20,000 nucleotides of DNA from an uncultured virus (IMG/VR IMGVR_UViG_2585427945_000001) (Duplodnaviria > Heunggongvirae > Uroviricota > Caudoviricetes), in IMG/VR virus record IMGVR_UViG_2585427945_000001; one strand, 5' to 3'. Each line of letters begins with the position of its first letter. The stretch's first letter is position 1. The position numbers and the translations under genes are program-made. The notes beneath the pieces are model-generated. The model ran no database searches. It was not told the origin of the DNA and was given only the letters and a program-made list of their open reading frames with translations. Positions 8,954-17,532 of the stretch are shown in pieces.

Positions 8954-9325
8954 TTACGCGGCCCGGAGGCTCACGGTGTACGTGGCGCCACGTCGGTGGA
9001 CTGCCTCGTTGGCCCAGGGCTGGCGCGTGGGGCCGGACATGCAGCGGACGGAGCGGATGACGGCGCCGGGAACCGGGCCTGTGAGGAAGACGAGCGCCTC
9101 GCGTACCTCGTTAGCCAGGCTTCGCGCCTCATCCGCCGTGGCTGCGAACACGTCGACGGCCACGGCGGGGGTCTGCCCGAAGCGACCGTCCGCGCCGGCG
9201 ACGCGCTCCACGCGGATCATGGGGAGTGCGTCCTCCAGGTCCGCAGGGGTCTCGGCCGCGCAGAAGACGCCGAAGCGGCCCTCCAGCCACGGGGCGAGGA
9301 CGGCCTCCACGTCAGCCATTGGCAT
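8954..9325 (-). CDS. Tail terminator / tail completion protein
   Basis: 123 aa (LPMIRVERVAG...VAVDVFA...ATYTVSLR), immediately upstream of the major tail gene. The start could be 9325 or 9319. Confidence 0.72.
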   Translation of the reverse strand: MPMADVEAVLAPWLEGRFGVFCAAETPADLEDALPMIRVERVAGADGRFGQTPAVAVDVFAATADEARSLANEVREALVFLTGPVPGAVIRSVRCMSGPTRQPWANEAVHRRGATYTVSLRAA

Positions 9326-9674
9326 GCTCCGCCAGGGCCGCCATGTACGCCTTGGTCAGCGGGGCGTACCGCGGGATGTTCCAGTTGCCGTACTCCACCG
9401 CCTTGGCGTGGGGAGCGGTGTTCACCACCATGGCTCCGTGCCGCATCCGGGGCTTACCGCGGAACGGGATGTTTCTGAACACCGGCTCGACGCTGAAGCT
9501 GGCCTTGTACAGGCCGGGGTGCCTGTCCTCGGCAGGGTCGCCCACCGGGGAGAAGCCCTCCGCGGAATGCATGATCCGCACCGCTGCGTCGCGGCACGGC
9601 TTGCCCATCCACGGGCGACTGACCATGCGGCCAAGGCCGCTGTACTTACCGACGTACTTGGAGCGGTACGTCAT
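9312..9674 (-). CDS. HK97 gp10-like neck/tail-completion protein
   Basis: ATG at 9674 has an ATGA overlap with the upstream stop. MTYRSKYVG...GLYKASF...VVNTAPHAKAVEYGN resembles the gp10-family motif. The track ORF start at 10115 is over-extended. Confidence 0.72.
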   Translation of the reverse strand: MTYRSKYVGKYSGLGRMVSRPWMGKPCRDAAVRIMHSAEGFSPVGDPAEDRHPGLYKASFSVEPVFRNIPFRGKPRMRHGAMVVNTAPHAKAVEYGNWNIPRYAPLTKAYMAALAEHANG

Positions 9675-10030
9675 CCGGTCACCTCCTTCAAGGCGGCTTC
9701 TACGCGAGCAAGGGACGTCAGGGGAAGGACGAGCGGGCGGCCGATGACCTCCCACGCCTCGGCCCCGTCCTCGCTGACGATGCGGTCCGCTGGGCGAACG
9801 TCGGTGCCTAGAGGAGCAGCGAACACTCTCCGGGTGATCACGGTCTCGCTGGCGTCGTGCTCCTCCGTCGAGGAGCCCACGGTCACGCCGTACGGGCTCA
9901 TCACGGCGCAGTGGTCGACGCGGATGCGGATCTTGGGGCCGGGCACCCAGGACCCCGTAGAGTCCCGGACCCGCTCCCCGGCCCGCTCGATGTACCACGT
10001 CTGCGACAGCACGTTGGCGATGAGGCTCAT
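9671..10030 (-). CDS. Head-to-tail stopper (head closure) protein
   Basis: ATG at 10030 (ATGA overlap). RDSTG...VFAAPLGTDVRPADRI...WEVIGRP is typical of stopper proteins. Confidence 0.75.
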   Translation of the reverse strand: MSLIANVLSQTWYIERAGERVRDSTGSWVPGPKIRIRVDHCAVMSPYGVTVGSSTEEHDASETVITRRVFAAPLGTDVRPADRIVSEDGAEAWEVIGRPLVLPLTSLARVEAALKEVTG

Positions 10031-10404
10031 ACCGGCCGCCACACGGTGACCGGCGGGACGTAGTCCGCGGGGGCGATGTCGAGCATGCCGGCGCCTGTGG
10101 GCATCCCGACTGCACGACGAAGCCGTCGAAGCTCGTCGTCGGAGAGGACGACGCCCGTCTGTGAGTCTGCGTAGGACTGGAGCATGCCGCCCGCCTGCTC
10201 GGTCCTGAGCCCCTGGGGGTTCGTCAGGATCCGAGCGGCGACGGACAGGGCCACCGTCTTGATGCCGCGCTGCGGGGGCTCGGTGATCCGGTCCCCCACC
10301 TCACCGAGGATGGCGTCTTCAGCCAGGTCGTGGGCGAGCTGGGCGCGCTCCTCGGTGAGCGGGGTGCCCAGGAGGGCCCGCAGCTCAGCCAGGCTGAACA
10401 GCAT
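10027..10404 (-). CDS. Head-to-tail adaptor protein
   Basis: MLFSLAELRALLG...VAARILTNPQGLRTEQAGGMLQSY...LSDDELRRL is a Gp19/Gp15-like adaptor pattern. Real start at 10404 rather than 10575. Confidence 0.78.
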   Translation of the reverse strand: MLFSLAELRALLGTPLTEERAQLAHDLAEDAILGEVGDRITEPPQRGIKTVALSVAARILTNPQGLRTEQAGGMLQSYADSQTGVVLSDDELRRLRRAVGMPTGAGMLDIAPADYVPPVTVWRPV

Positions 10405-10627
10405 CGCCGCCCCCCGTCTTCCGGCGAGGAGAGGCCCGTTTGACGGGGGCTGCTCTCTTCGCCGGCGGCGCCACGTGTGCCGACTTACGTGGAGCCGGCG
10501 CGATCTCCCACGCCTTCGAGTTGGTGATGAGCGCCTGTGCCCACTCGGGCACATCGTCGCCGGGGCCGAACACATGGGCGCGACCCTGGGCGTCTGTCAG
10601 GTGTACGTTCGTCCGGAGTCGCGCCAT
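10385..10627 (-). CDS. Small post-capsid hypothetical protein with basic C-terminal tail
   Basis: 80 aa, VHLTDAQGRAHVFGPGDDVPEWAQALITN; tightly packed between its neighbours. Confidence 0.75.
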   Translation of the reverse strand: MARLRTNVHLTDAQGRAHVFGPGDDVPEWAQALITNSKAWEIAPAPRKSAHVAPPAKRAAPVKRASPRRKTGGGDAVQPG

Positions 10628-10628
10628 G

Positions 10629-10892
10629 TCAGCTCACCGTCAGTTCAGCGGTGGACGGGCTCACGGCGAGCGACTCCGGGTCGTCGGTGACGGTCACGGT
10701 GCACGTTCCGCTCTTACCCTGCGCCGTCGCAGTGATCACGGCAGTACCCGCGGACACCGCTGTCACGAGGCCACCTGCCGAGACCGTGGCCACTGCCGGG
10801 GTGGCACTGGTCCACGCGGCTGTGCTGGTCACGGTCTGCTTCGCACCGCTGGTCAGGGTAAGTTCCGCGGCGAGCTGCTGGGTCTTAGCCAT
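10629..10892 (-). CDS. Circularly permuted Big_2-like Ig-domain protein
   Basis: GAGG RBS. WTSATPAVATVSAGGLVTAVSAGTAVITAT...GTCTVTV is the Big_2 core. The strand normally at the N-terminus (SLAVSPSTAELTV) is at the C-terminus. Confidence 0.85.
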   Translation of the reverse strand: MAKTQQLAAELTLTSGAKQTVTSTAAWTSATPAVATVSAGGLVTAVSAGTAVITATAQGKSGTCTVTVTDDPESLAVSPSTAELTVS

Positions 10893-10925
10893 TCATCCTC
10901 GTCTGTCGTCGTCGGGTTGGTCACA

Positions 10926-10985
10926 GGTGCCGCCTCAGCCCGTGGTCAGGGCTGCGGTTCCCGGCGACACCGTCAGGAAGAAGGG
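10926..10985 (-). other. Putative -1 frameshift cassette extending the major capsid protein by one Ig beta-strand (...LTVSPGTAALTTG*)
   Basis: C CCT TCT TCC TGA followed 7 nt after the heptamer by a 9-bp stem GGUGUCGCC/GGCGGCACC enclosing CAGCCC/GGGCUG. The -1 frame ends at TGA 10937-10935. Confidence 0.7.
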
Positions 10986-12010
10986 TCGTCAAGCACCGTT
11001 GCACGGAGGGTGAGGTCCGGGGCGGCCACGACCGGGAGGGCGATGGTGGTCGCGCGAGTCCACACGGTCTGTGGGTCCTCCGACTTGTAGCCGCCGACGG
11101 CGATACCTGCGGCGTCGCCGGCCAGGCCGTACCGCGGGTCGTTCGCCTCAACCGGCACACCCCACAGGGTTTTACCGGCGGCGTCGCCCTGCTCGGGCAG
11201 GAAGAGGAGCTGGTCCTCAGGAGTGATTCGCGTGGCGACTCCGTCCACATTCACCTGCGCGTCGTAGATCTCGACCGGCGGGATTCCGAAGGAGGCCAGT
11301 ACCGCGTTGACACTCGCTTCGGTGATCAGGCCGGGAGCCACGGCGGAGCCCGCGAACGCCAGGTCGCGCACCTGCTTGTTCCGCATCAGCAGGTTGTACA
11401 CCGTCAGCGACATCAGCGTCGCTGCTGGACGGTGCCCGTTGGTGCGGTTGTACACCGCCACCCACGCGCGAAGGTTGTCGATCGCCTTCGCGTTCTCGGT
11501 GTCGTCCCACGCCACCGACGCGGTAACCGAGTGGGCCGCCGAACGGCCGAAGTCTACGGACGCCTGGACGCCGTTCTCGTTCAGCGTGACGGCCCCAGTG
11601 AACAGCGCCTCGCCCCGGGCAAGCTCTATGCGCGCCGCGAGCTGAGCGACGAGCTTGACAGAGTCCGACTCCATGGCGTCACGGATATCGGCGTTCTGGG
11701 TGTCGACGTTCCGCATCTTGATCTGGTCGTACTCAGAGACGGGCATCTTCCTGCTGATGGGCGGCAGTTCGCCGCTCACCCGAGACCCGCCAGGCCGGTA
11801 CGCGATGTCCGACTCGGCGTCGAAGGCACGGAACCTCGCCGCCTCTACGAGGCCGCCCCCGCCTCGGCTGAAGCGAAACATCAGGTCGTTGATGGTCTCG
11901 TTGGGGAGCCACCGGTTCAGGTTGAGCGCGTTCTCCTCGCGGAACCGGAGCGCCTCGCGGGCGTAACCGGTGAGTTCCGCAGGAGTCGCGTACTCAGTGA
12001 TGAGCTGCAT
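10973..12010 (-). CDS. Major capsid protein (lambda gpE / Phage_cap_E-like)
   Basis: 345 aa; GELPPISRK, RIELARGEALFTG, VDFGR and EDPQTVWTRATTIALPV motifs. Follows the scaffold and decoration genes. Confidence 0.92.
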   Translation of the reverse strand: MQLITEYATPAELTGYAREALRFREENALNLNRWLPNETINDLMFRFSRGGGGLVEAARFRAFDAESDIAYRPGGSRVSGELPPISRKMPVSEYDQIKMRNVDTQNADIRDAMESDSVKLVAQLAARIELARGEALFTGAVTLNENGVQASVDFGRSAAHSVTASVAWDDTENAKAIDNLRAWVAVYNRTNGHRPAATLMSLTVYNLLMRNKQVRDLAFAGSAVAPGLITEASVNAVLASFGIPPVEIYDAQVNVDGVATRITPEDQLLFLPEQGDAAGKTLWGVPVEANDPRYGLAGDAAGIAVGGYKSEDPQTVWTRATTIALPVVAAPDLTLRATVLDDPSS

Positions 12011-12023
12011 GTATCAGGGCCTC

Positions 12024-12419
12024 TCAGACGAAGATGATGCGGCCGGCGACATCCGCCTTGCCGTTGGCGTCGACGGGGACAGGGAGCTTCGCCTCACGGA
12101 TGAAGCAGTGGATGAGCATCGAGCCCACGACCGAGGTGGACGCGACCCCGCGGGCGTCGACGTCCTGAGCGGTGAAGAGGAAGCCCACGAGGGTCTGCCG
12201 ACCGTCGCTCGCGGCGTCGTCGTACGGGCCGTACTTCCCGCCGGTCGTCACCTTGCCGAGCGGGATGCCGCTCTTGATGTAGCCGTCCGGGTAGTGGGTG
12301 GCCTTCGTGAACTTCGAGATGTCCAGGGTGACCGAGACAGGGGCGTCAGTGCCGTGGGCGCTGCCGAGCCAGTCACGGCGGTCCTGGGTGAAGCTCTCAA
12401 CCTTGAGGTTGAGGTCCAT
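12024..12419 (-). CDS. Head decoration protein (lambda gpD-like)
   Basis: 131 aa; YPDGYIKSGIPLGKVTTGGKYGPYD...DGRQTLVGFLF; GGAGG RBS; located between scaffold and capsid. Confidence 0.85.
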   Translation of the reverse strand: MDLNLKVESFTQDRRDWLGSAHGTDAPVSVTLDISKFTKATHYPDGYIKSGIPLGKVTTGGKYGPYDDAASDGRQTLVGFLFTAQDVDARGVASTSVVGSMLIHCFIREAKLPVPVDANGKADVAGRIIFV

Positions 12420-12443
12420 GGATCCTCCAGAGGGGAGTAGTGG

Positions 12444-12980
12444 TTACTTGCCGTGCTTCTGCCGGAAGCGCTCAGCTCCGGTCGCGACCGACGAGCCTCC
12501 GCCGACGTCGGATCCGCGGTCTCCGCCAACCCGGTAGGTTCCGGTGGCGCCCGTGGGAGCGAAGTCCTTCAGCAGCGCGTCTGCGTCCGCCTCCAGCTCC
12601 TCCTTCGTGGAGCCCTGGAGACGCGCGGCCTGCGTGGTGGTGAGGCTCTTCGCGATGGCGACTTCGAGAAGCAGCGCCCTACGGACCGCTGCGTCGGCCT
12701 CCGCGCGAGCGGTAGCGGCGGCTGCCTCTGCGGTCGCCTTCTCGGCCTGGACCCGCTCGGTCTCGGTGAGGTCGGCCGCCTGGCGCCTCTTCAGCTCCTC
12801 GTCGGCCTGGCGCAGTCGCTCCAGCTCCGTGGCGTCCGGGGCGGCCTTCGAGGCTGCCTCATGCTTGCGGGCGTGGTGCTTCCAGTACGCCACCTGGTGT
12901 TCGGGCGTCATGTCGGCCGTCGGCGTGTTGTCCGGGTAGCCGTGCTCGTTGACGGTCGGGAGGTTCTCAGGCTCAGGCAT
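12444..12980 (-). CDS. Scaffolding protein
   Basis: 178 aa, coiled-coil; YWKHHARKHE and RLQGSTKEELEADADALL motifs of actinophage scaffolds. Confidence 0.85.
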   Translation of the reverse strand: MPEPENLPTVNEHGYPDNTPTADMTPEHQVAYWKHHARKHEAASKAAPDATELERLRQADEELKRRQAADLTETERVQAEKATAEAAAATARAEADAAVRRALLLEVAIAKSLTTTQAARLQGSTKEELEADADALLKDFAPTGATGTYRVGGDRGSDVGGGSSVATGAERFRQKHGK

Positions 12981-13021
12981 GGTGGGGTCCCCTGTCGGGA
13001 GTCGTCAGCCCGTGGCGGGCG

Positions 13022-13831
13022 TCAGGTCGGAAGACGGATGTCATCGGGGCCGGTGAAGCGCTGGCCCTTGAAGCCCAGAACGGGCCCGATCTCGCCGTGG
13101 TCGTTGGCGATAATGATCTTGCGGTAGTCCACCGCGCGGCCTCCGCGGTCGAAGGTGCCGAGCGCGTCCTCCACGGCATCGTGGATGCGTTCGAGCTTCT
13201 CTTCGTCGATGACCTGGCCGGGGTCCTCGTCGGCTGTCACCAGCTTCACGAGGCAGTCACACCCGGGATGGATCGGCGCTAGGTCGCGCTTGTGGTAGCG
13301 CTGGGTGGAGGCGATCATGCAGAGGGCGCAGTCGTACTCGCCCTGTAGTTCTCGGACGGTGTACGAGAAGCGAGGCATGTCGTCCCCCACCTCTCGCACA
13401 GTGTGGGTCCGGGCTAGCTGTAGATCCGTCTTGGCGATGGTTTCCAGCCGGTGCGTACCGCGGGCCAAGGCGGCGTCGAAAGCGACGTCCTTGTCCAACG
13501 CGGCCCAAACCTCGGCGAACGGGCGCCGGTAGACGGTCTCAGGATCGACGTCGCGTAGCGCGCGTCCGGTCACCCTGTCAAAGTCCAGGTCCGTCCGCGG
13601 TGCTCGCCCGTCGACCTCGCGGTACAACTGCTCCAGGTACGACGCCGTGAGAGCGGCGACCTGCCGCTGACCACCAAGAAGCACCGGCAGAGTAGTGCGC
13701 TCGAAGCGCCGCACGTCGGCATCACGCCACGAGCCGAGACCGGACCATGCGCGAGTGGTACGACCGAGGGTCGTCCTCCACACGCTCTGCACTGCGGCGC
13801 CGTACTGCCGGTCAAGCCGCGTCAGGGACAT
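13022..13831 (-). CDS. MuF-like minor head protein (often annotated capsid maturation protease in actinophages)
   Basis: 269 aa, directly after the portal. CALCMIAS...PIHPGCDC Cys/His motif. Confidence 0.78.
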   Translation of the reverse strand: MSLTRLDRQYGAAVQSVWRTTLGRTTRAWSGLGSWRDADVRRFERTTLPVLLGGQRQVAALTASYLEQLYREVDGRAPRTDLDFDRVTGRALRDVDPETVYRRPFAEVWAALDKDVAFDAALARGTHRLETIAKTDLQLARTHTVREVGDDMPRFSYTVRELQGEYDCALCMIASTQRYHKRDLAPIHPGCDCLVKLVTADEDPGQVIDEEKLERIHDAVEDALGTFDRGGRAVDYRKIIIANDHGEIGPVLGFKGQRFTGPDDIRLPT

Positions 13832-15320
13832 CGTCCTCCTCGCGGGTGATCAGCGTTCGGGAGTCGCGCTTGCCCTGGAGGGACGCCGGCTCGGGATCCG
13901 TGTCGGGCACGGCGTTCAGGGCGTCAGCCGCGCGGTCGATCTCCATGCGGGAGATCTGCGACGGGGTGTAGCCCATGTCCTCCATGCGCTGCCGCCACGG
14001 GACGCCGGCCGAAGCCTTCTTGACGGCTGCGTCCGCGAGTTCCGAGACGGTGCGGGACTCGGGGTCACGCCAGATGGTCTCAGCGCTCCATGTCGTGGCG
14101 CGCTCGTCGTCGCCCAGGACCCGGAAGGCCATGCGCATGACGCTCTCCCATGACTCGCCGTACGCACGTTGACGGTCGCGCACCTTGCTGATGAGTCCGG
14201 TTTCCGCAGCTTTCAGCGCGTCGCCGGAGACGTTCACAACGGCGCCGATCAGGTAATGCGGAGGTGTGCGGCTGATTGCGGCCAGATCCTGCACGGCGGC
14301 AGTCACGGCGCGCACGTAGGGAGCTAGGTCCGTAGCCGCGAACTCCCCAAAACGGACGTCGGGGTTGTCGGTCGTCCAGAGCTTGCGGATGTCTAGCTGG
14401 AAGGGCTGGATCGCTGCCCCGGTGATCGGGTCCTCGTCGACCTCCAGGCCGGCGGCGTACCGCTGTCGGAAGGCGCCGTACTTCATGGCGGCAATGAGGT
14501 TGATCAGCGAGAGGTTGATGCGGTTCTGGATCGAGAGGACGTCCTCGTGCTCCGCGAACCCTTCCGGCCGACGGTTTCGACGGTTGATGAAGGGAACGAG
14601 GGGCACCACGCCCAGCTCGTTCACACGGTAGCCGTCGGGCAGGTTCGGAAGCGCCAGGGCGTCCCACCCACGAAGCTCCGCAGCGCGACCGGAGAAAGCC
14701 GGGTTGCCAGTCTTCGTGGTGAACTCGTGCACCCCCGTCGGCGTCCAAAGCGTCGCCCGGGTGTTCCCGGTCCAGTCATCACGCCAGAGCTTCAGTCCGG
14801 CAGCCAGCTTGCGCCGATTGCCCTGCTCATGTTCGACAGCCACCTGCGTGGGTGTCTCATGAGTCAGCACAGGCCGCCCGTCGTCGCCCTTCTCCACGAG
14901 GACGAACGCACGCCGCTGAGACATGGCGCCGTAGTGCACCAGGGCGGAATCAGCATCCATGCTGTTCTCCTGCCAGATGCGGTTGGCCTCCCGGTCTGCC
15001 ACACGAGCATCGTCAGGGGAGTCCCGGTCTGCATCGTCGAACCGGAAGCCGTCAACCCCCAGCCGCTCGCCGGGGCTGTCGATGACGAGACTGAGCCAGT
15101 TGGTGCGGGCGTCCCGCATCCACTCCGAAATCTCGCGCGGATCAACGCCCGGAACGTGTGGCAGCTTCGGCTTCCCCTCTGCGGCCTTCCGGAGGGAAGT
15201 GAGCCCTGGGGTGACCTCGTTGTCGTCGTCGATGCTGTCCTTGCGCTCGTCCAGCATCCTCTTGCCTAGCCGCTGGAGCCACCATCCCGGGGATTCCGGA
15301 ACCTGTGCGTCAACCGGCAT
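13812..15320 (-). CDS. Portal protein (SPP1 gp6-like)
   Basis: 502 aa; NWLSLVID...ERLGVDGF, GVVPLVPFIN, AFRQRY, TPPHYL and SGDALKAAE motifs. Confidence 0.93.
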   Translation of the reverse strand: MPVDAQVPESPGWWLQRLGKRMLDERKDSIDDDNEVTPGLTSLRKAAEGKPKLPHVPGVDPREISEWMRDARTNWLSLVIDSPGERLGVDGFRFDDADRDSPDDARVADREANRIWQENSMDADSALVHYGAMSQRRAFVLVEKGDDGRPVLTHETPTQVAVEHEQGNRRKLAAGLKLWRDDWTGNTRATLWTPTGVHEFTTKTGNPAFSGRAAELRGWDALALPNLPDGYRVNELGVVPLVPFINRRNRRPEGFAEHEDVLSIQNRINLSLINLIAAMKYGAFRQRYAAGLEVDEDPITGAAIQPFQLDIRKLWTTDNPDVRFGEFAATDLAPYVRAVTAAVQDLAAISRTPPHYLIGAVVNVSGDALKAAETGLISKVRDRQRAYGESWESVMRMAFRVLGDDERATTWSAETIWRDPESRTVSELADAAVKKASAGVPWRQRMEDMGYTPSQISRMEIDRAADALNAVPDTDPEPASLQGKRDSRTLITREEDDVPDAA

Positions 15321-15332
15321 GCGTCCTCCTCC

Positions 15333-17045
15333 CTAGAATGCGACGAGGCGGCCAGTCCGCTTCTTTCGCTTAGTGATCCCTGCGGCAACGGCGTCAGCGC
15401 GGCACTCGTAGGCGAGCGTCGCGGACATGGCGGCGTCGATCTTCTTCGGCGACTTCGGGTGTTCCTTGCCGATGCCGATGTGGTTGCGTCCCAGCGGCCG
15501 ACGCTTGGCGTTCAGCACGTGGCGGGTGAGTGTGGTGCCTTTGCGGGCGTAGTCGGCGTCGGTGTCACCGGCCTTGTCGGTGCCGCACCACGAAAGGCCC
15601 TTGTCGTCAACGGCCTCCACGAAGCGGTTGAGGGCCTGCTCCATGGCCGTCGGACGGTTGGTCCACCACTCCAGCGGGCGGGCCTGTGTAGCGCGTACCG
15701 ACAGGTTCTCGCCGTAGTCCCTGGTCCAGGCGTCCGCGTAGTCCTGCCAGTGCGGCGGGTCGCAGTAGAAGCCGCACACGTCGAAGCGCTCGAAGGCTCG
15801 GGCGACGGCAGCGTCAACCGACTCCCGGTCGACCTGCCACCCGTCGCCCTCTGGACCCTCGGGCTTCTCCCAGACCCCGAGGAGCTGGAGGTGGCCGTCA
15901 GATACGCGGCAGGCTGTAAGGGCCGTGGCGTCGTCGCGGATCGATCCGTCGAAGCCGAGTGTGACCAACTCGCCGGGGGCGATCTCCTCGTCCCGCCGGC
16001 AGAGAAGCCAGGCGTCCGGGTCCATCCACGCATCGGAGGACGACGTCCGGGAGTTGAGGAAGTAGCGCTTGCCGTCCGCGGAGTCGGTGCGGAGGTCGTA
16101 GAAGTCGTCGACGAGGGTGTCTTCGTCGATCCACTCCATGGCGTCGCCGTACGCGTCCCGGAGAGCGGCACGGAGCTGGACCTCATCCTTCAAGTCCGCG
16201 CAAACGCCGTAGCGGTGGTCGTACATGAGTCGCGACCGGCCGCGCTTCTTGCGGCCCTCGCGGATCGCTTCGGCCTCCTCGTACGTCCGCTCAGCGACAC
16301 TGTCCTGGCCCGGGGCGAACATGGTCGTGGTTTCGAGATACCACGTGCCGGCGCCCTTCTTCCTCTTGCGGAGGTTTCGGGTCACGGTCGCGTACATGCG
16401 ACGCAGCTCAGGCGTGTTGTACAGGTGCGTCTCGTCGAAGCAGACCCACGTCTCCTTACCGCCGTCCTTCGAGGAGGATGAAGCGGTTGACGGGGTGATC
16501 TCCCCACCCTGCGGAAGGTTGATCTTCGTCAGGCCGGGATCGATGCCTGGGATGGCGGAGAGGGGTGACGACTCGTCGGTCAGGTTGAAGTAGATCGTGT
16601 CGTAGACGTTGCCGGTCTGGCCTTCCTCCGTGGCCATGATCCGGAGGTACGGCACCTTGACCGGGCGGCCCATCGGCTCACCGGGCTCGTAGACGTACTC
16701 GAAGCCGAAGCCCCAGGGGTCTCGGTAGACCTCTCCGCCCTCCGCCCAGCCGGCGAACCGGGCGGGGCCGAGCGCTTCGAAGAGTCCGATGCGGGCGCCT
16801 AGGCCGGACTTGTCGCAGCCCTTGGGGCGGGAGAAGAAGGCCGAGTCGTAGAGGAGCTTGCCCTCGTCGTCATCGACCGCGTAACAGTCCACCACGAAGC
16901 CGCTGTACTCGTCGCCGTGGCGGACGGGCTCACCCTGGACGTCACCAGGGCCGTGGACGACCATGAACTCCATCCACGCCAGCGCCATCCACCCGATCGA
17001 GCGGGACCGATCATGACCCGGGGCGCGTACCGTGACGTGCGGCAT
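15333..17045 (-). CDS. terL: Terminase large subunit
   Basis: 570 aa; Walker A-like SRPKGCDKS, Walker B VCFDETH, nuclease motifs LGFDGSIRDDAT and KKIDAAMS. Confidence 0.93.
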   Translation of the reverse strand: MPHVTVRAPGHDRSRSIGWMALAWMEFMVVHGPGDVQGEPVRHGDEYSGFVVDCYAVDDDEGKLLYDSAFFSRPKGCDKSGLGARIGLFEALGPARFAGWAEGGEVYRDPWGFGFEYVYEPGEPMGRPVKVPYLRIMATEEGQTGNVYDTIYFNLTDESSPLSAIPGIDPGLTKINLPQGGEITPSTASSSSKDGGKETWVCFDETHLYNTPELRRMYATVTRNLRKRKKGAGTWYLETTTMFAPGQDSVAERTYEEAEAIREGRKKRGRSRLMYDHRYGVCADLKDEVQLRAALRDAYGDAMEWIDEDTLVDDFYDLRTDSADGKRYFLNSRTSSSDAWMDPDAWLLCRRDEEIAPGELVTLGFDGSIRDDATALTACRVSDGHLQLLGVWEKPEGPEGDGWQVDRESVDAAVARAFERFDVCGFYCDPPHWQDYADAWTRDYGENLSVRATQARPLEWWTNRPTAMEQALNRFVEAVDDKGLSWCGTDKAGDTDADYARKGTTLTRHVLNAKRRPLGRNHIGIGKEHPKSPKKIDAAMSATLAYECRADAVAAGITKRKKRTGRLVAF

Positions 17046-17064
17046 CGGCGCCCCCTCTCTGTAG

Positions 17065-17532
17065 TTAGCCGGTCAGCCTCGCTCGCCGTGAAGTGATGTC
17101 GGAAACGTTGCTGCCAGGGCTCTGTGCGGGCCTCTGCGGGGCGCTCGTGGGGTCGTCGACCTTGAGCTTGAGGCGGGCCCTGTCCTCCGGCGTGGCGCCG
17201 AACTTGGCGACTCTGAGGCGTACCTCAGCGGCCAGGGTCCAATGCCCTTTCTGCCAGTACGCGTTGTGCAGCAATGCCGTATCCAAGAGGCTGTCCCAGT
17301 CCGTAGCTATGAACGTCTGAGCCTGCGGGCTCGTGCGCCAGGTGTGCCACCAGGCAACGGTCATGGGGTGCCAGTCAACAAGCTCACCGGTCTTTGTATC
17401 GACGCCTAGTACACCTTCGGGGAGGTCGGGTCCGCGAAGTTCGTCGTCAGGGGCGATCACGGTTTCAGGCTCGGTCGCGTTGCGCCTGCGCCGCTTAGAA
17501 GGGTCCTTTGGTGCTGGTCCGCGGCCGGCCAT
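17065..17532 (-). CDS. terS: Terminase small subunit
   Basis: MAGRGPAPKDP..RRRRN...WWHTWRTSPQA...EVRLRVAKFGATPEDRARLK; directly upstream of terL. Confidence 0.88.
   Translation of the reverse strand: MAGRGPAPKDPSKRRRRNATEPETVIAPDDELRGPDLPEGVLGVDTKTGELVDWHPMTVAWWHTWRTSPQAQTFIATDWDSLLDTALLHNAYWQKGHWTLAAEVRLRVAKFGATPEDRARLKLKVDDPTSAPQRPAQSPGSNVSDITSRRARLTG

Noticed and set aside
10921..10975. +1 frameshift or read-through fusing the capsid to the whole Ig ORF
   Set aside because: The +1 frame gives PDGVAGNRSPDHGLRRHL* and the -1 frame stops at 10935, both before the Ig start at 10892, which has its own RBS. Neither shift produces a covalent fusion.
8264..10985. The 31-nt repeat pair as att sites or mobile-element ends
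   Set aside because: The enclosed genes are essential head-tail genes, no recombinase is present, and both copies are in identical register with stop codons.
16805..16835. Atypical terminase Walker A motif (PKGCDKS)
   Set aside because: The remaining ATPase and nuclease motifs are intact. It is most likely a family variant rather than inactivation, which I cannot test here.
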